Origin: Tagaea sp.
Lineage (GTDB): Bacteria; Pseudomonadota; Alphaproteobacteria; CACIAM-22H2
DNA: 64,000 bases
NCBI GenBank assembly: GCA_965279525.1
Contig: CBDIIB010000004.1
Location: 352,001 to 416,000, forward strand
Direction of reading: 5' to 3'
Position numbers and translations under genes: made by a program. Below the pieces are notes generated by a model that saw only the letters and a program-made list of their open reading frames with translations, did no database searches and had not been told where the DNA came from. Position 1 is the stretch's first letter. Each line of letters opens with the position of its first letter. Positions 20,791-31,075 of the stretch are shown here, in pieces.

Positions 20791-21921
20791 TCACACCGCC
20801 GCCGGCTGGGGGCCATCGGCGCTGCCGGCACGGCGGCGCAGGCTCGGACTGGTGAGCACCCATGCGGACAACGCGATCAACGCAAGCGGTACCGCGTAGA
20901 GGAACGGAATGGCGGCCGGCGAGCGGGCGGCAAGATTGGGGACCGCGATCGACAGCGCTTCCACGCCAAGCCCGCAGGCGGCGGCGACAAGCAGCCGCCT
21001 GCTGAGGCCGCGTCGGTTGAAATCGCCAGGCAGCAGGCAGGCGAGCCCGACGAGGACCAGTGCAAGCGCATAGAGGGGGGCCGAGAGCCGCGTGTGGCCT
21101 TCCGCAATCAGGCGCGGGGCATACTGGCGGTCGTGGGCCTCCGTCAGGTCGGGCCAGAGAAGCTCGTTGACATAGCGTTCGCCCGGTTCGCGCCACCGGA
21201 ATTCGCGCGCCGTCGACGTCTGGCCGATCTCGACCGAATAGCGGTCGAAATAGAGAAGCGAGAGTTTTCCGGCGGCCCTGTCGACCTGCTGCCGGTTGCC
21301 GTTGAGCAGGATCACGCGCGGACCGTCGTCCGTCATCGCGAGTGTCCCGCGTTCGGCAAGTAGCGTGATCGAGGTCGCCGGATCGCGCGAATCATGGACG
21401 AGAATGCCGCGCAGGTCGCCGTTGCTCTCTCTCGCGCGCACATAGACCGTCAGGCTCGGGCCGATGTTCGTGAACGCGCCTTCCTGCAGGAGAAGGCCCG
21501 AATAATCGGATCGCACGTCGGAGTGCAATTCCTTGAACTTGCTGAACGTCAGCGGAACCAGATAGAGCGACAGCACGTAGCCGATGGCCGTCGCGAATAC
21601 GCCGAGCAGGATGGCCGGACGCGCAAGCTGGCCCGGACCGAATCCGACGGCCCGCATGACGACGAGTTCGCTGTCGACGGTCAGCCGGTTGTAGACGAAC
21701 AGCGTCGACATGAAGAGCGCGATCGGCGTCACGAGCGAAAGGAAGTTCGGCATCAGGAGTGCGGTCAGATAGAAGAACGAACCCAACCCGAGCCCTCGGT
21801 TGACGATCAGTTCGATGAAGCGAAGGGACTGGGTCAGCCAGATCGCAAGGGTCAGCGTGACGAGCACGAACACTGTCGTGACGAGGACCTGGCGCAGGAT
21901 GTAGGCGGTGATTCGATTCAT
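20791..21921 (-). CDS. lptF: LPS export ABC permease LptF
   Basis: WLTQSLRFIELIVNRG, DSELVVMRAVG, EGHTRLSAP. Confidence 0.93.
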   Translation of the reverse strand: MNRITAYILRQVLVTTVFVLVTLTLAIWLTQSLRFIELIVNRGLGLGSFFYLTALLMPNFLSLVTPIALFMSTLFVYNRLTVDSELVVMRAVGFGPGQLARPAILLGVFATAIGYVLSLYLVPLTFSKFKELHSDVRSDYSGLLLQEGAFTNIGPSLTVYVRARESNGDLRGILVHDSRDPATSITLLAERGTLAMTDDGPRVILLNGNRQQVDRAAGKLSLLYFDRYSVEIGQTSTAREFRWREPGERYVNELLWPDLTEAHDRQYAPRLIAEGHTRLSAPLYALALVLVGLACLLPGDFNRRGLSRRLLVAAACGLGVEALSIAVPNLAARSPAAIPFLYAVPLALIALSAWVLTSPSLRRRAGSADGPQPAAV

Positions 21922-22082
21922 CGTATCGTCCCAGTATAAGGGAGCCGGCTTTCGGTGCAGCCGATTGATTTTGCAGCGCAATATCGAGAACACATGGGGA
22001 ACGGCGACGGTGCGGACTTTTATTTCGTTAGGTATTCTCTATTGTACCGCTCGCGCGCGTCCGGTGCATGAGGAAAATCGAA

Positions 22083-23585
22083 ATGAAAATCGCGTTCTTG
22101 AAGCCTGAGCCTCCGTCCAGCGGTGCCTATGTCGTCGGCGTTCTCGAAGATCGGAAACTGACACCGGCAGCTGCCGCCCTCGACAAGAAGACGGGCGGTG
22201 TCGTCACCCGCGCGATGGCCTCCACGCGGTTCAAGGGGAAGAAGGACGAGTTCCTCGACATCGTGGCGCCGAAGGGCGTGCCGTTCGGCCGCATCGTGCT
22301 GGCTGGTCTGGGCAAGCTCGACAAGCTCGACAGGTCGGGCGCGGAAGCCGCAGGCGGCAAGCTCGTGGCGCATCTCAATCATGTCGGCGAAGTGCTGGCG
22401 ACGGTCTCGGTCGAGCACATCCCGGGTGCTTCGCTCAATCCCGGCGACATGGCTGCCCATCTGGCTTTCGGCGCCAAGCTTCGCGCCTATCGCTTCGACA
22501 AATACAAGACGCGCGAAAAGGAAGATGCCAAGCCGACACTGAAGGCGCTCAACCTGCTGGTCACCGACGTCGCGGCCGCGCGCAAGGTACACGGCCCTCT
22601 CGACCGCGTGGCCGACGCGATCGCATTCACGCGCGATCTCGTTTCCGAACCGCCGAACGTCCTCTATCCGGAGAGCCTTGCCGAACGCTGCAAGCGCCTG
22701 ACGGCCTTCGGCGTGAAGGTCGAGATCTTCGACGAGAAGCAGCTCGAGAAGATGGGCGCCGGCGCGATCCTCGGTGTCGGCATGGGCTCGTCCCGGCCGA
22801 CGCGGATGGTCGTCATGCAGTACAACGGCGCGCCGAAGGCAAAGGACAAGCGCCCGATCGCGTTCGTCGGCAAGGGCGTCACGTTCGACACCGGCGGCAT
22901 CTCGATCAAGCCGTCGGCCGGCATGGAAGACATGAAGTGGGACATGGCCGGATCGGCCGCGGTGATCGGCGCCATGGAAGCGCTCGCCGCACGCCACGCC
23001 AAGGTCAACGCGATCGGTGCTGTCGGCCTCGTCGAGAACATGCCGTCCGGCAACGCGCAGCGCCCGTCCGACATCGTCAAGTCGATGTCCGGCAAGACGA
23101 TCGAGGTGCTGAACACCGACGCCGAAGGCCGCCTCGTGCTGGCCGACGTGCTCTGGTACGTGCAGGACCGTTTCAAGCCCAAGGCGATGCTCGATCTCGC
23201 CACGCTGACCGGGGCCGTGATCGTGGCGCTCGGCCACGAATATGCGGGCATCATGTCGAACAACGACGAACTCGCGAAGAAGCTGATCGCGGCGGGAACC
23301 GCGAGCGGCGAGAAGGTCTGGCGCCTGCCGCTCGGCGAAGCCTATGACCGCGACATCGACAGCCCCGCCGCCGACGTCAAGAATATCGCCGCCGGGCGCG
23401 GGGCCGGCTCGATCATCGGCGGGCAGTTCCTGCATCGCTTCGTCAACGACGTGCCGTGGGTGCATATCGACATCGCCGGCATGGCCTGGAGCGGCAAGGA
23501 CACGGCCACTTGCCCGAAGGGTGCCACCGCGTTCGGCGTGCGCCTCCTCGACCGGCTCGTCGCGGACAACTACGAGGAAGCGTGA
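22083..23585 (+). CDS. pepA: leucyl aminopeptidase (M17)
   Basis: VGKGVTFDTGGISIK, MKWDMAG, NTDAEGRLVLAD, ATLTGA. Confidence 0.97.
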   Translation: MKIAFLKPEPPSSGAYVVGVLEDRKLTPAAAALDKKTGGVVTRAMASTRFKGKKDEFLDIVAPKGVPFGRIVLAGLGKLDKLDRSGAEAAGGKLVAHLNHVGEVLATVSVEHIPGASLNPGDMAAHLAFGAKLRAYRFDKYKTREKEDAKPTLKALNLLVTDVAAARKVHGPLDRVADAIAFTRDLVSEPPNVLYPESLAERCKRLTAFGVKVEIFDEKQLEKMGAGAILGVGMGSSRPTRMVVMQYNGAPKAKDKRPIAFVGKGVTFDTGGISIKPSAGMEDMKWDMAGSAAVIGAMEALAARHAKVNAIGAVGLVENMPSGNAQRPSDIVKSMSGKTIEVLNTDAEGRLVLADVLWYVQDRFKPKAMLDLATLTGAVIVALGHEYAGIMSNNDELAKKLIAAGTASGEKVWRLPLGEAYDRDIDSPAADVKNIAAGRGAGSIIGGQFLHRFVNDVPWVHIDIAGMAWSGKDTATCPKGATAFGVRLLDRLVADNYEEA

Positions 23586-24043
23586 CGGAAATCCGCTTCT
23601 ACCACTTGCGCAGCTCCACGCTCGAAACGGCACTTCCGAAGATCCTCGAGAAGGCGGTCGGGCAGGGGCATCGCGCGGTGGTGGTCGCCGGAAGCGTGGA
23701 GCGTGCCGCATCGGTCGACGCGACCTTGTGGACCTACGAGGAGCGCTCGTTCCTGCCGCATGCCATGGCGCCGGCCAACGGCAACGACCCGTTCGCGGCC
23801 GACCAGCCGATCTGGATCACGACCCGGGTCGAGAACCCGAACGAAGCGACACTGCTGGTGCTGCTCGACGGCCAGACCGCGGACGATCCCGAGCCGTGGA
23901 AGCTGATCTGCGAGGTTTTCGACGGGAACGACGATGCGGCCGTCGAGGCGGCCCGCAGCCGCTGGAAGGCGCTGAAGGCGCAGGGTCATGCGCTGACTTA
24001 CTGGCGTCAGGGCGACAAGGGCGGATGGGAGAAGGCCGGCTGA
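23582..24043 (+). CDS. holC: DNA polymerase III subunit chi
   Basis: EIRFYHL, LWTYEERSFLPH, ARSRWK. GTG overlaps the pepA stop. Confidence 0.93.
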   Translation: MTEIRFYHLRSSTLETALPKILEKAVGQGHRAVVVAGSVERAASVDATLWTYEERSFLPHAMAPANGNDPFAADQPIWITTRVENPNEATLLVLLDGQTADDPEPWKLICEVFDGNDDAAVEAARSRWKALKAQGHALTYWRQGDKGGWEKAG

Positions 24044-24056
24044 ATTCCGAGGCTGG

Positions 24057-24085
24057 TTGCCATACGGCGCGCGCACCGTTATAAG
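24057..24085 (+). promoter_or_regulatory. sigma70-type promoter of ndk
   Basis: TTGCCA-17nt-TATAAG. Confidence 0.6.
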
Positions 24086-24129
24086 CCGCGCGTCTTCACC
24101 CTTCGCAATTTCATACCAGAGAGTATCCT

Positions 24130-24552
24130 ATGGCCATCGAGCGCACCTTTTCAATCGTCAAGCCGGACGCGACGCGTCGCAACCTCACCGGTGCCGTCAA
24201 CGCGCTGATCGAGAAGTCGGGGCTGCGCATCGTCGCGCAGAAGCGCATCCACATGACCAAGGCGCAGGCCGAGACGTTCTACGGCGTGCACAAGGCGCGC
24301 CCGTTCTTCGGCTCGCTGGTCGAGTTCATGACGTCCGGTCCCGTCGTCGTCCAGGTCCTCGAGGGCGAGAACGCGGTCGCCAAGTATCGCGAAGTCATGG
24401 GTGCTACCAACCCGGCGAACGCCGCACCGGGCACGATCCGCAAGGAATTCGCGGAATCCATCGAAGCGAACTCGGCCCACGGGTCGGACAGCCTCGAGAA
24501 CGCCGCGGTCGAAATCGCGTTCTTCTTCTCGGGTCTCGAAATCGTCGGCTGA
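24130..24552 (+). CDS. ndk: nucleoside diphosphate kinase
   Basis: [24 protein letters not shown]. Confidence 0.98.
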   Translation: MAIERTFSIVKPDATRRNLTGAVNALIEKSGLRIVAQKRIHMTKAQAETFYGVHKARPFFGSLVEFMTSGPVVVQVLEGENAVAKYREVMGATNPANAAPGTIRKEFAESIEANSAHGSDSLENAAVEIAFFFSGLEIVG

Positions 24553-24565
24553 TCCGGCCTGTCCG

Positions 24566-24612
24566 GAAAAGCGAAGGGCCGCGCCGGAAACCGGCGCGGC
24601 CCTTTTCGTTTC
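24566..24612. terminator. bidirectional intrinsic terminator
   Basis: 14-bp stem aagggccgcgccgg/ccggcgcggccctt, flanked by A-rich and T-rich tracts, between convergent genes. Confidence 0.88.
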
Positions 24613-24631
24613 GAGCGCCGTGCGCCCGCGA

Positions 24632-24793
24632 TCAGCCGTGTGGAACGAGGAACACGTACATCCCGACGAGGATCAGGATCGTCAGGCCGGAAACCCACTT
24701 GGCAAGCTTGTTGAAGTCCGACCACGTGTCGAGATGCTGGGTCATGTCGTAGTTGAACTCGGGATCGATCTTGTTCTGCGGTGCGCCGGCCAT
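24632..24793 (-). CDS. aa3-type cytochrome c oxidase subunit IV-like small protein (53 aa)
   Basis: Hand translation MAGAPQNKIDPEFNYDMTQHLDTWSDFNKLAKWVSGLTILILVGMYVFLVPHG. SD GGAGG, H-x-x-T-W-x-x-F followed by one TM helix, terminator downstream. Confidence 0.75.
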   Translation of the reverse strand: MAGAPQNKIDPEFNYDMTQHLDTWSDFNKLAKWVSGLTILILVGMYVFLVPHG

Positions 24794-24841
24794 GGAAACC
24801 TCCGAATTGGACGGTCAGGATAGGCGATCCCGGCCGATTTT

Positions 24842-25492
24842 TCAAACGGCGGGATTGACGATCAGCGCAACGGGGTTGCCGGCATCCGCCACGATGACGC
24901 GGTCGCCTTCGATCCGCGCCCGACCGCTTGCGATCAGCCGGAGGGAAGCGGGATAGAGCCTGTGTTCGGCTGCAAGGACGCGTGCGGCAAGGGCCGCCTC
25001 GTCGTCGCCCGGAAGTACCGGCACGGCCGCCTGGCCGACGATCGGCCCCACATCCATTGTCGTCCGGACGAAATGCACCGTGCAGCCGGCGATGCGCACG
25101 CCTTCCGCCAAGGCCCGCTTGTGCGTGTCGAGTCCGGGAAACGACGGCAGCAGCGAAGGATGGATGTTGATCATCCGGTCGCGCCAGGCATCGACGAAAC
25201 CCGCCGTCAGCAGGCGCATGAAACCGGCAAGGCAGACGAACTCGATGCCGGCCGATCGCAGCGTGGCGTCGAGCGCCTGCTCGAATGGCTCTCGCCCTTT
25301 GAAGGCGCGATGATCGACCGTCGCGGTCGCGATGCCGGCTTCCTCGGCGATCGCAAGTCCGCCGGCACCGGGCACGTTCGACACCACCAGTGCCAGTTCC
25401 GCCGGGAAGTCCGCGGACCGGGCCGCCTCGACAAGGGCGCGCAGGTTGCTGCCGCGGCCCGATATCAGGACGCCGACACGCAGACGCTTCAC
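24842..25492 (-). CDS. purN: phosphoribosylglycinamide formyltransferase
   Basis: LISGRGSNL, LAGFMRLL, INIHPSLLPSFPG, GCTVHFV. Confidence 0.97.
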   Translation of the reverse strand: MKRLRVGVLISGRGSNLRALVEAARSADFPAELALVVSNVPGAGGLAIAEEAGIATATVDHRAFKGREPFEQALDATLRSAGIEFVCLAGFMRLLTAGFVDAWRDRMINIHPSLLPSFPGLDTHKRALAEGVRIAGCTVHFVRTTMDVGPIVGQAAVPVLPGDDEAALAARVLAAEHRLYPASLRLIASGRARIEGDRVIVADAGNPVALIVNPAV

Positions 25493-25493
25493 G

Positions 25494-26558
25494 CTAGATC
25501 GTCCAGCTGTCGAGATTGTCGACCACACAGCCAGGCGCATCGGCGTTCGGGCGGGCGACAACGCGGCCGATCTCGATGGGCTTTTCGCCGGCCTCGCGCA
25601 GCAGCGCCATCGCGGCGTCCTTCCGTTCGGCCGGCACGATCACGACCATGCCGATGCCGCAGTTGAACACGCGCACCATCTCGGCACGCGCGATCTGCCC
25701 GCCCTTGGCGAGCCACGCGAAGACCGGCGGCAGCTTCCAGGCCTTCGCGTCGATGCGGACCTGGACGGTGTCCGGGATCACGCGCGGCACATTTTCGACC
25801 AGACCGCCGCCGGTGATATGCGCCATTGCCTTGGCGTGTCCCGCCCGCACGAGGGCAAGGCAGCTCTTGACGTAGATCCGGGTGGGGGCGAGCAGTGCTT
25901 CGGCAAGAGACATGTCGGTGGCGAACGGCGCCGGGGCCTGCCACGACAGTTCGGCCGTGTGGACGACGCGACGCACCAGCGAAAAGCCGTTCGAATGCAC
26001 GCCCGACGAAGCAAGGCCGAGCACGACGTCGCCGGCCGCGACCGTCGTTCCGTCGATGCCGGATCCGCGCTCGAGCGCTCCGACTGAGAATCCCGCGAGG
26101 TCATAGTCGCCGGCTGCATACATGCCGGGCATTTCTGCCGTCTCGCCACCGACAAGCGCACATCCGGAAATCCGGCAACCCTCCGCGATGCCCGCGACGA
26201 TAGATTTTGCCGCTGCGACATCGAGTTTCCCGGTGGCGAAATAGTCGAGGAAGAACAGCGGTTCGGCGCCCTGCACGACCAGATCGTTGACGCACATCGC
26301 GACAAGGTCGATGCCGACCGTCTCGTGGCGACCCGATTCGATCGCGATTTTCAGCTTGGTGCCCACGCCATCGGTCGTGGCGACAAGGATCGGGTCCTTG
26401 AAACCGGCGGCCTTGAGGTCGAAAAGCGCGCCGAACCCGCCCAGACCAGCCTCGGAGCCGGGCCGGCGAGTTGACTTGGCCATCGGCTTGATCGCGTCGA
26501 CAAGGGCTTCGCCCGCGTCGATATCCACCCCGGCTTCGGCGTAACGGTTCGTGCTCAT
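25494..26558 (-). CDS. purM: AIR synthetase
   Basis: [41 protein letters not shown]. Confidence 0.98.
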   Translation of the reverse strand: MSTNRYAEAGVDIDAGEALVDAIKPMAKSTRRPGSEAGLGGFGALFDLKAAGFKDPILVATTDGVGTKLKIAIESGRHETVGIDLVAMCVNDLVVQGAEPLFFLDYFATGKLDVAAAKSIVAGIAEGCRISGCALVGGETAEMPGMYAAGDYDLAGFSVGALERGSGIDGTTVAAGDVVLGLASSGVHSNGFSLVRRVVHTAELSWQAPAPFATDMSLAEALLAPTRIYVKSCLALVRAGHAKAMAHITGGGLVENVPRVIPDTVQVRIDAKAWKLPPVFAWLAKGGQIARAEMVRVFNCGIGMVVIVPAERKDAAMALLREAGEKPIEIGRVVARPNADAPGCVVDNLDSWTI

Positions 26559-26641
26559 TGGCGCCCCTTTGCCGGATTGGCTATAACGGTACCCGAGCCC
26601 CCGGCGACGGGCGGAAAATAAAGGATTCGGAACGGTTTGCA

Positions 26642-27760
26642 ATGGCGCTTCGGGCGTTGGTTCTGGGAATTTCGATGGCAGTGGCGACCGGCATGGCCGC
26701 CCTTGCCCAGGTTCCGCCGCCGGTTGCCGTGGACGTGTTCTCCGTGCGCGGGGTCGAGGTCGACCGGAGTGCTGCCACGGCGGCCCAGGCGCGCGAACAG
26801 GCCATCGTGGAAGGCCAGCGGCTTGCCTGGCGGCGGCTTGTCGAGCGGATGGTGCCGGTCGAGGCGCGCGGCACGCTGCCCGGATTGCCGGTCGCCGAGA
26901 TCGCTCCGCTCATCGACAGTTTCGAGGTCGAAACCGAGCGGGGATCGGGAACCCGCTGGATCGGATCTCTCGGCTACCGCTTCCGCTCCAACGACGTACG
27001 CCAACTGTTCCGCAGCCGCAGCGTCGCGTTCGCCGAAACGCCGGCGCGCCGGATTCTCGTCGTTCCCGTCGCGATCCGCGACGGACAGGCACTGCTGTGG
27101 GAGGACGAAAACGCCTGGCGCATCGCCTGGTCGGGACTGCCGGTACCGGTCGGACTGCAGCCCTGGATCCTGCCGCAGGCCGATATCGAGGATGCCGGGC
27201 TGATCGGTGCCGAGCAGGCCGCGCTGCTCGATCGCGCGCGCTTGCGCGCACTCGCCGCACGGTACGGCACGCAGGGCGTGATTGTCGTCAGTGCCGAATC
27301 GGAAGAGGCGGCTGCCGGCGGCTCGACGGTCCGCGTCCAGTTTTCGCGCATCGGCGCGGCGGCTCCAGATGCGGACTGGCCGCAGGCCTTCCGGCTCGCC
27401 GCGGGCGAGACCGCCGAGACGGCTTGGCCGCGCATCGCGCGTGCGGCGGCCGATGCGATCGAGGAGCGCTGGAAGGCGGAGGTCCTGGTCCAGGGCAGCG
27501 ACGTGGCCCAGTTGCGCGCCACCGTTCCGGTCGGCGACCTTGCCGAATGGGTGGCGCTGCGCCGCCGGTTGGCCGAAGTCGCTAGCGTCCGGCGGCTCGA
27601 CATCCTCGTTCTGGGCAAAGGCGGGGCGATCGTCGACATCCAGCATGAAGGCGGCACGGACTCGTTGCGCACCGCACTTGCCCAGCGCGACCTGACTCTC
27701 GAGGAAGCGGACGGCGGCTGGCGGTTGCTGCTTGCCGGGCGTGGCGGACAACGTCCGTGA
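26642..27760 (+). CDS. DUF2066-family exported protein
   Basis: Signal peptide, [25 protein letters not shown]. Divergent from purM as in many alphaproteobacteria. Confidence 0.8.
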   Translation: MALRALVLGISMAVATGMAALAQVPPPVAVDVFSVRGVEVDRSAATAAQAREQAIVEGQRLAWRRLVERMVPVEARGTLPGLPVAEIAPLIDSFEVETERGSGTRWIGSLGYRFRSNDVRQLFRSRSVAFAETPARRILVVPVAIRDGQALLWEDENAWRIAWSGLPVPVGLQPWILPQADIEDAGLIGAEQAALLDRARLRALAARYGTQGVIVVSAESEEAAAGGSTVRVQFSRIGAAAPDADWPQAFRLAAGETAETAWPRIARAAADAIEERWKAEVLVQGSDVAQLRATVPVGDLAEWVALRRRLAEVASVRRLDILVLGKGGAIVDIQHEGGTDSLRTALAQRDLTLEEADGGWRLLLAGRGGQRP

Positions 27761-28305
27761 TCAATCTGCCGAATCTGCTTTCTTTCGCACGCCTGCTTGC
27801 CGTCCCCGTCGCGGTCTGGCTGATGCTGGGCGCGCAGTTCGAGATCGCGTTCTGGCTGTTCGTCGCGGCAGGAGCCACCGACGCACTCGACGGCTTCCTG
27901 GCGAAACGGTTCGGCTGGGAAACCGAACTCGGCTCGTATCTCGATCCCCTGGCCGACAAGGCGCTGCTCGTGTCGGTTTTCCTCGTGCTCGGCTGGACCG
28001 GCCACATCCCGGCCTGGCTCACGATCATGGTGATCTTCCGCGACCTGCTGATCGTCGGCGGGGCCCTTGTCGTGGTCGCGATCACGGGCAGTTTCAAGTC
28101 GGACCCGATGCGAATCAGCAAGCTCAACACGACGCTGCAGATCCTTCTTGCGGCGGTCGTGCTGGCCGAACTGGGTGTGGGGCTGGATTTCGAGCGCTGG
28201 CGCTGGATCCTCGTCGACGTGACGGCGATAACGACGCTCGCCTCCGGGCTGGCCTATCTGGTGCGCTGGACAAGGCGGCTCGCCGAGGAAGAGGATGCGG
28301 CATGA
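27757..28305 (+). CDS. CDP-alcohol phosphatidyltransferase
   Basis: NLPNLLS, DALDGFLAKR...LGSYLDPLADK signature. Confidence 0.92.
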   Translation: MINLPNLLSFARLLAVPVAVWLMLGAQFEIAFWLFVAAGATDALDGFLAKRFGWETELGSYLDPLADKALLVSVFLVLGWTGHIPAWLTIMVIFRDLLIVGGALVVVAITGSFKSDPMRISKLNTTLQILLAAVVLAELGVGLDFERWRWILVDVTAITTLASGLAYLVRWTRRLAEEEDAA

Positions 28306-29387
28306 CAAACCCCGAGCCGAACCGCCAGTTCGCCTGGAACCACCCGATCGCGTGGGTGACCATCGTCGGCCTTTTCGGCCTGTTCATCTACATGCTGAGC
28401 GGCGTGCTCCTGCCATTCGTTGTCGCGGCCGCGATCGCATACCTGATCGATCCGCTCGTCGACCGGATCGTGCGGATCGGCATTCCGCGTGTCTTTGCCG
28501 CCGCGATCGTGACGATCGCGTTCTTCGTCTCGGTGATCACGCTCCTGGTGCTTCTGGCACCTGTCCTCCAGCATCAGCTCGTCGGCCTCGGTGACAGGCT
28601 GGTCGTCGTTTCGCGCCAGCTCTTCGAACTCGCCAAGCCGTATCTGGACGAGATCTTCGCCCATGTCGGCGCCGTCGACGTCCAGCAGCTGAGCGGGGCA
28701 GGCGACACGGTGCGCACGGCTCTCGGATGGGCGGCACGCACGATCGGCAGCGTCCTTACCGGCGGCCTCGCAGTCGTCAACATCGTGGCGCTGGTCTTCA
28801 TCACGCCCGTCGTCGTCTTCTATCTGGTGCGCGACTGGGGGGTCGTCCAGTCAAAGATCGACAGCTGGCTGCCGCGCCGGCATGCGGACACGATCCGCGA
28901 ACTGCTGCACGAGATCGACGCCCGGCTCGCGGGCTTCCTGCGCGGGCAAGCGCTGGTCTGCCTCTTCCTGGCGGTGTTCTACGCTTCCGGCCTGACGCTG
29001 ACGGGCCTCAACTACGGGCTGCTCGTCGGCATCCTCACGGGCGTCCTGAGTTTCATCCCCTATGTCGGCGTCTTCGTCGGGATGGCGACGGGCATGTCGA
29101 TCGCTATTTTCCAATTCGCGTCCTGGTTCGATGTCGGGACGGTTCTGGCGGTGTTCCTGCTCGGCCAGTTCATCGAAGGAAGCTTCGTCACCCCGAAGCT
29201 GGTGGGCGACCGCACGGGGCTCCACCCGGTCTGGATGATGCTCTCGATCTTCGCCGGCGGCGCGCTGTTCGGTTTCGTCGGCGTGCTGATCGCGATCCCG
29301 GTGGCGGCAGCGCTCGGCGTGCTGTTCCGCTTCGCCATGAAGCGATACATGGAAAGCTCGCTCTATCTGGGGAGCGACCCGCCGTGA
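28302..29387 (+). CDS. AI-2E family (PerM-like) transporter
   Basis: LLPFV, GFLRGQ, FIPYVG, PKLVGDRTGLHPVW. Confidence 0.92.
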   Translation: MTNPEPNRQFAWNHPIAWVTIVGLFGLFIYMLSGVLLPFVVAAAIAYLIDPLVDRIVRIGIPRVFAAAIVTIAFFVSVITLLVLLAPVLQHQLVGLGDRLVVVSRQLFELAKPYLDEIFAHVGAVDVQQLSGAGDTVRTALGWAARTIGSVLTGGLAVVNIVALVFITPVVVFYLVRDWGVVQSKIDSWLPRRHADTIRELLHEIDARLAGFLRGQALVCLFLAVFYASGLTLTGLNYGLLVGILTGVLSFIPYVGVFVGMATGMSIAIFQFASWFDVGTVLAVFLLGQFIEGSFVTPKLVGDRTGLHPVWMMLSIFAGGALFGFVGVLIAIPVAAALGVLFRFAMKRYMESSLYLGSDPP

Positions 29388-30064
29388 GCGGCGGACAGCT
29401 GGCGCTGGAGTTTCCCCATCGGCCGGCGCTCGAACGCGAAGATTTCCTTGTGGCACCGGCGAACTCGGATGCGGTCGCGTGGATCGACTCCTGGCCGAAA
29501 TGGCCGGCTGCAGCGCTTGTGGTGTACGGGCCCGCCGGTAGCGGCAAGACGCATCTTGCCCAGACCTGGCGGCTGCGCGCGGGCGCTTCGGTGCTGGCGC
29601 CGGCGGATATCGAGACGGCATCGCTGCCGTCCCGTCTCGCAGCCTGTCCGGCCGTCGTGGTCGAGGATGTAGACCGCAATCCGCCCGACCCGCAGGCATG
29701 GTTCCACCTGCTGAACCTGCTGGCCGAACGCGGCCAATGGGCGCTTTTCACGGCACGCGAAGCGCCGGCGCGCTGGCAGATCGGGCTTGCCGATCTTGCC
29801 TCGCGGCTGCGGGCACTTCCGGCAGTCGGGATCGCACAGCCCGACGAGCAACTGGTCGAGGCGGTTCTCGTGAAGCAACTTGCCGATCGCCAGCTGCGCG
29901 TGCCTCCGGATACGGTACGCTACGTGGCGACAAGGCTCGAACGCTCGCTGGCGGCCGTCGGACGAATTGCGGCTGCCCTCGACACGGCCGCTCTGGCATC
30001 GAAACGGCCACTGACAATCCATCTCGCGCGCGACGTGCTGCGCGGCGAAGGGCTCGAAACCTGA
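29384..30064 (+). CDS. hdaA: DnaA regulatory inactivator HdaA
   Basis: QLALEF clamp-binding motif, DFLVAPAN, GPAGSGKTHL, DLASRL. Confidence 0.88.
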   Translation: MSGGQLALEFPHRPALEREDFLVAPANSDAVAWIDSWPKWPAAALVVYGPAGSGKTHLAQTWRLRAGASVLAPADIETASLPSRLAACPAVVVEDVDRNPPDPQAWFHLLNLLAERGQWALFTAREAPARWQIGLADLASRLRALPAVGIAQPDEQLVEAVLVKQLADRQLRVPPDTVRYVATRLERSLAAVGRIAAALDTAALASKRPLTIHLARDVLRGEGLET

Positions 30065-30088
30065 AACCGAAAACTGGAGTTGCCGACA

Positions 30089-30868
30089 ATGGACATGGGA
30101 ATCAAGGGCCGCACGGCCATCGTCTGCGCCGCCTCGAAGGGGCTCGGCCGGGGTTGCGCCGAAGCGCTCGCGGCCGAGGGCGTGGACCTCGTCATCAACG
30201 CGCGCGGGGCCGACACGCTCGAAGCCGTCGCGGCCGATATCCGCACCCGCTTCGCGGTGAAGGTCACCACCGTCGCGTGCGACGTCACGACCGCGGAAGG
30301 TCGCGCCAAGCTGCTGGCCGCGTGCCCGGAGCCTGACATCCTGGTCAACAATGCCGGCGGTCCGCCGCCCGGCGATTTCCGCGACTGGGACGAGAAGGCA
30401 TGGCATGCCGCGCTCGAAGCCAACATGGTCACGCCGATCATGCTGATCAAGGCGACCATCGACAGGATGATCGCGCGCAAGTTCGGCCGCATCGTCAACA
30501 TCACGTCGGCCGCCGTGAAGAACCCGATCCCGTTCCTCGGCCTGTCCAACGGTGCCCGTACCGGACTGACGGGATTCGTCGCCGGCCTGTCGCGCCAGGT
30601 CGCCAAGCACAACGTGACGATCAACGGCCTGCTGCCCGGCCCGTTCGATACCGACCGCCTGCGCTCGACGATGGTTGCCGGCGCCAAGGCTGCCAACAAG
30701 CCGGTGGAGGAGATCACCGAGGCCCGGCGCAAGGCCAACCCGGCCGAGCGCTTCGGGACGGCGGAGGAGTTCGGCGCTGCTTGCGCGTTCTTGTGCAGCG
30801 CACACGCGGGCTACATCGTGGGGCAGAACATCGTGCTCGACGGGGGTGCATTCAACGGCACAATGTAG
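30089..30868 (+). CDS. SDR-family oxidoreductase (atypical)
   Basis: CAASKGLG, NNAGGPPPG, LSNGARTGL (no YxxxK), PGPFDTDR. Confidence 0.88.
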   Translation: MDMGIKGRTAIVCAASKGLGRGCAEALAAEGVDLVINARGADTLEAVAADIRTRFAVKVTTVACDVTTAEGRAKLLAACPEPDILVNNAGGPPPGDFRDWDEKAWHAALEANMVTPIMLIKATIDRMIARKFGRIVNITSAAVKNPIPFLGLSNGARTGLTGFVAGLSRQVAKHNVTINGLLPGPFDTDRLRSTMVAGAKAANKPVEEITEARRKANPAERFGTAEEFGAACAFLCSAHAGYIVGQNIVLDGGAFNGTM

Positions 30869-31005
30869 GTCGATGTATTTTACGAAAAAACATCGATAAG
30901 CCATTATTATGAAAACTTAATATTAACCTGATTTGGCTGTCACTAAACGGCAACAGAACGTAGCTTGCGGCGCTGACGGCCACCTGTCTAACCTCAGCCC
31001 ATCCG

Positions 31006-31043
31006 CAGCCCGCCGCCCTTCAGAAACGAAGGGCGGCGGGCTG
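31006..31043. repeat. perfect 16-bp inverted repeat (hairpin, no U-tract)
   Basis: cagcccgccgcccttc-agaaac-gaagggcggcgggctg. Confidence 0.8.
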
Positions 31044-31075
31044 GCGGTCGCGACGGGATAGAGCGGATCGGCGGC

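Noticed and set aside
30905-30930. Full CtrA box in the AT-rich gap
   Set aside because: The TTAA half sites are 2 nt apart instead of 7. Only a half site is supportable.
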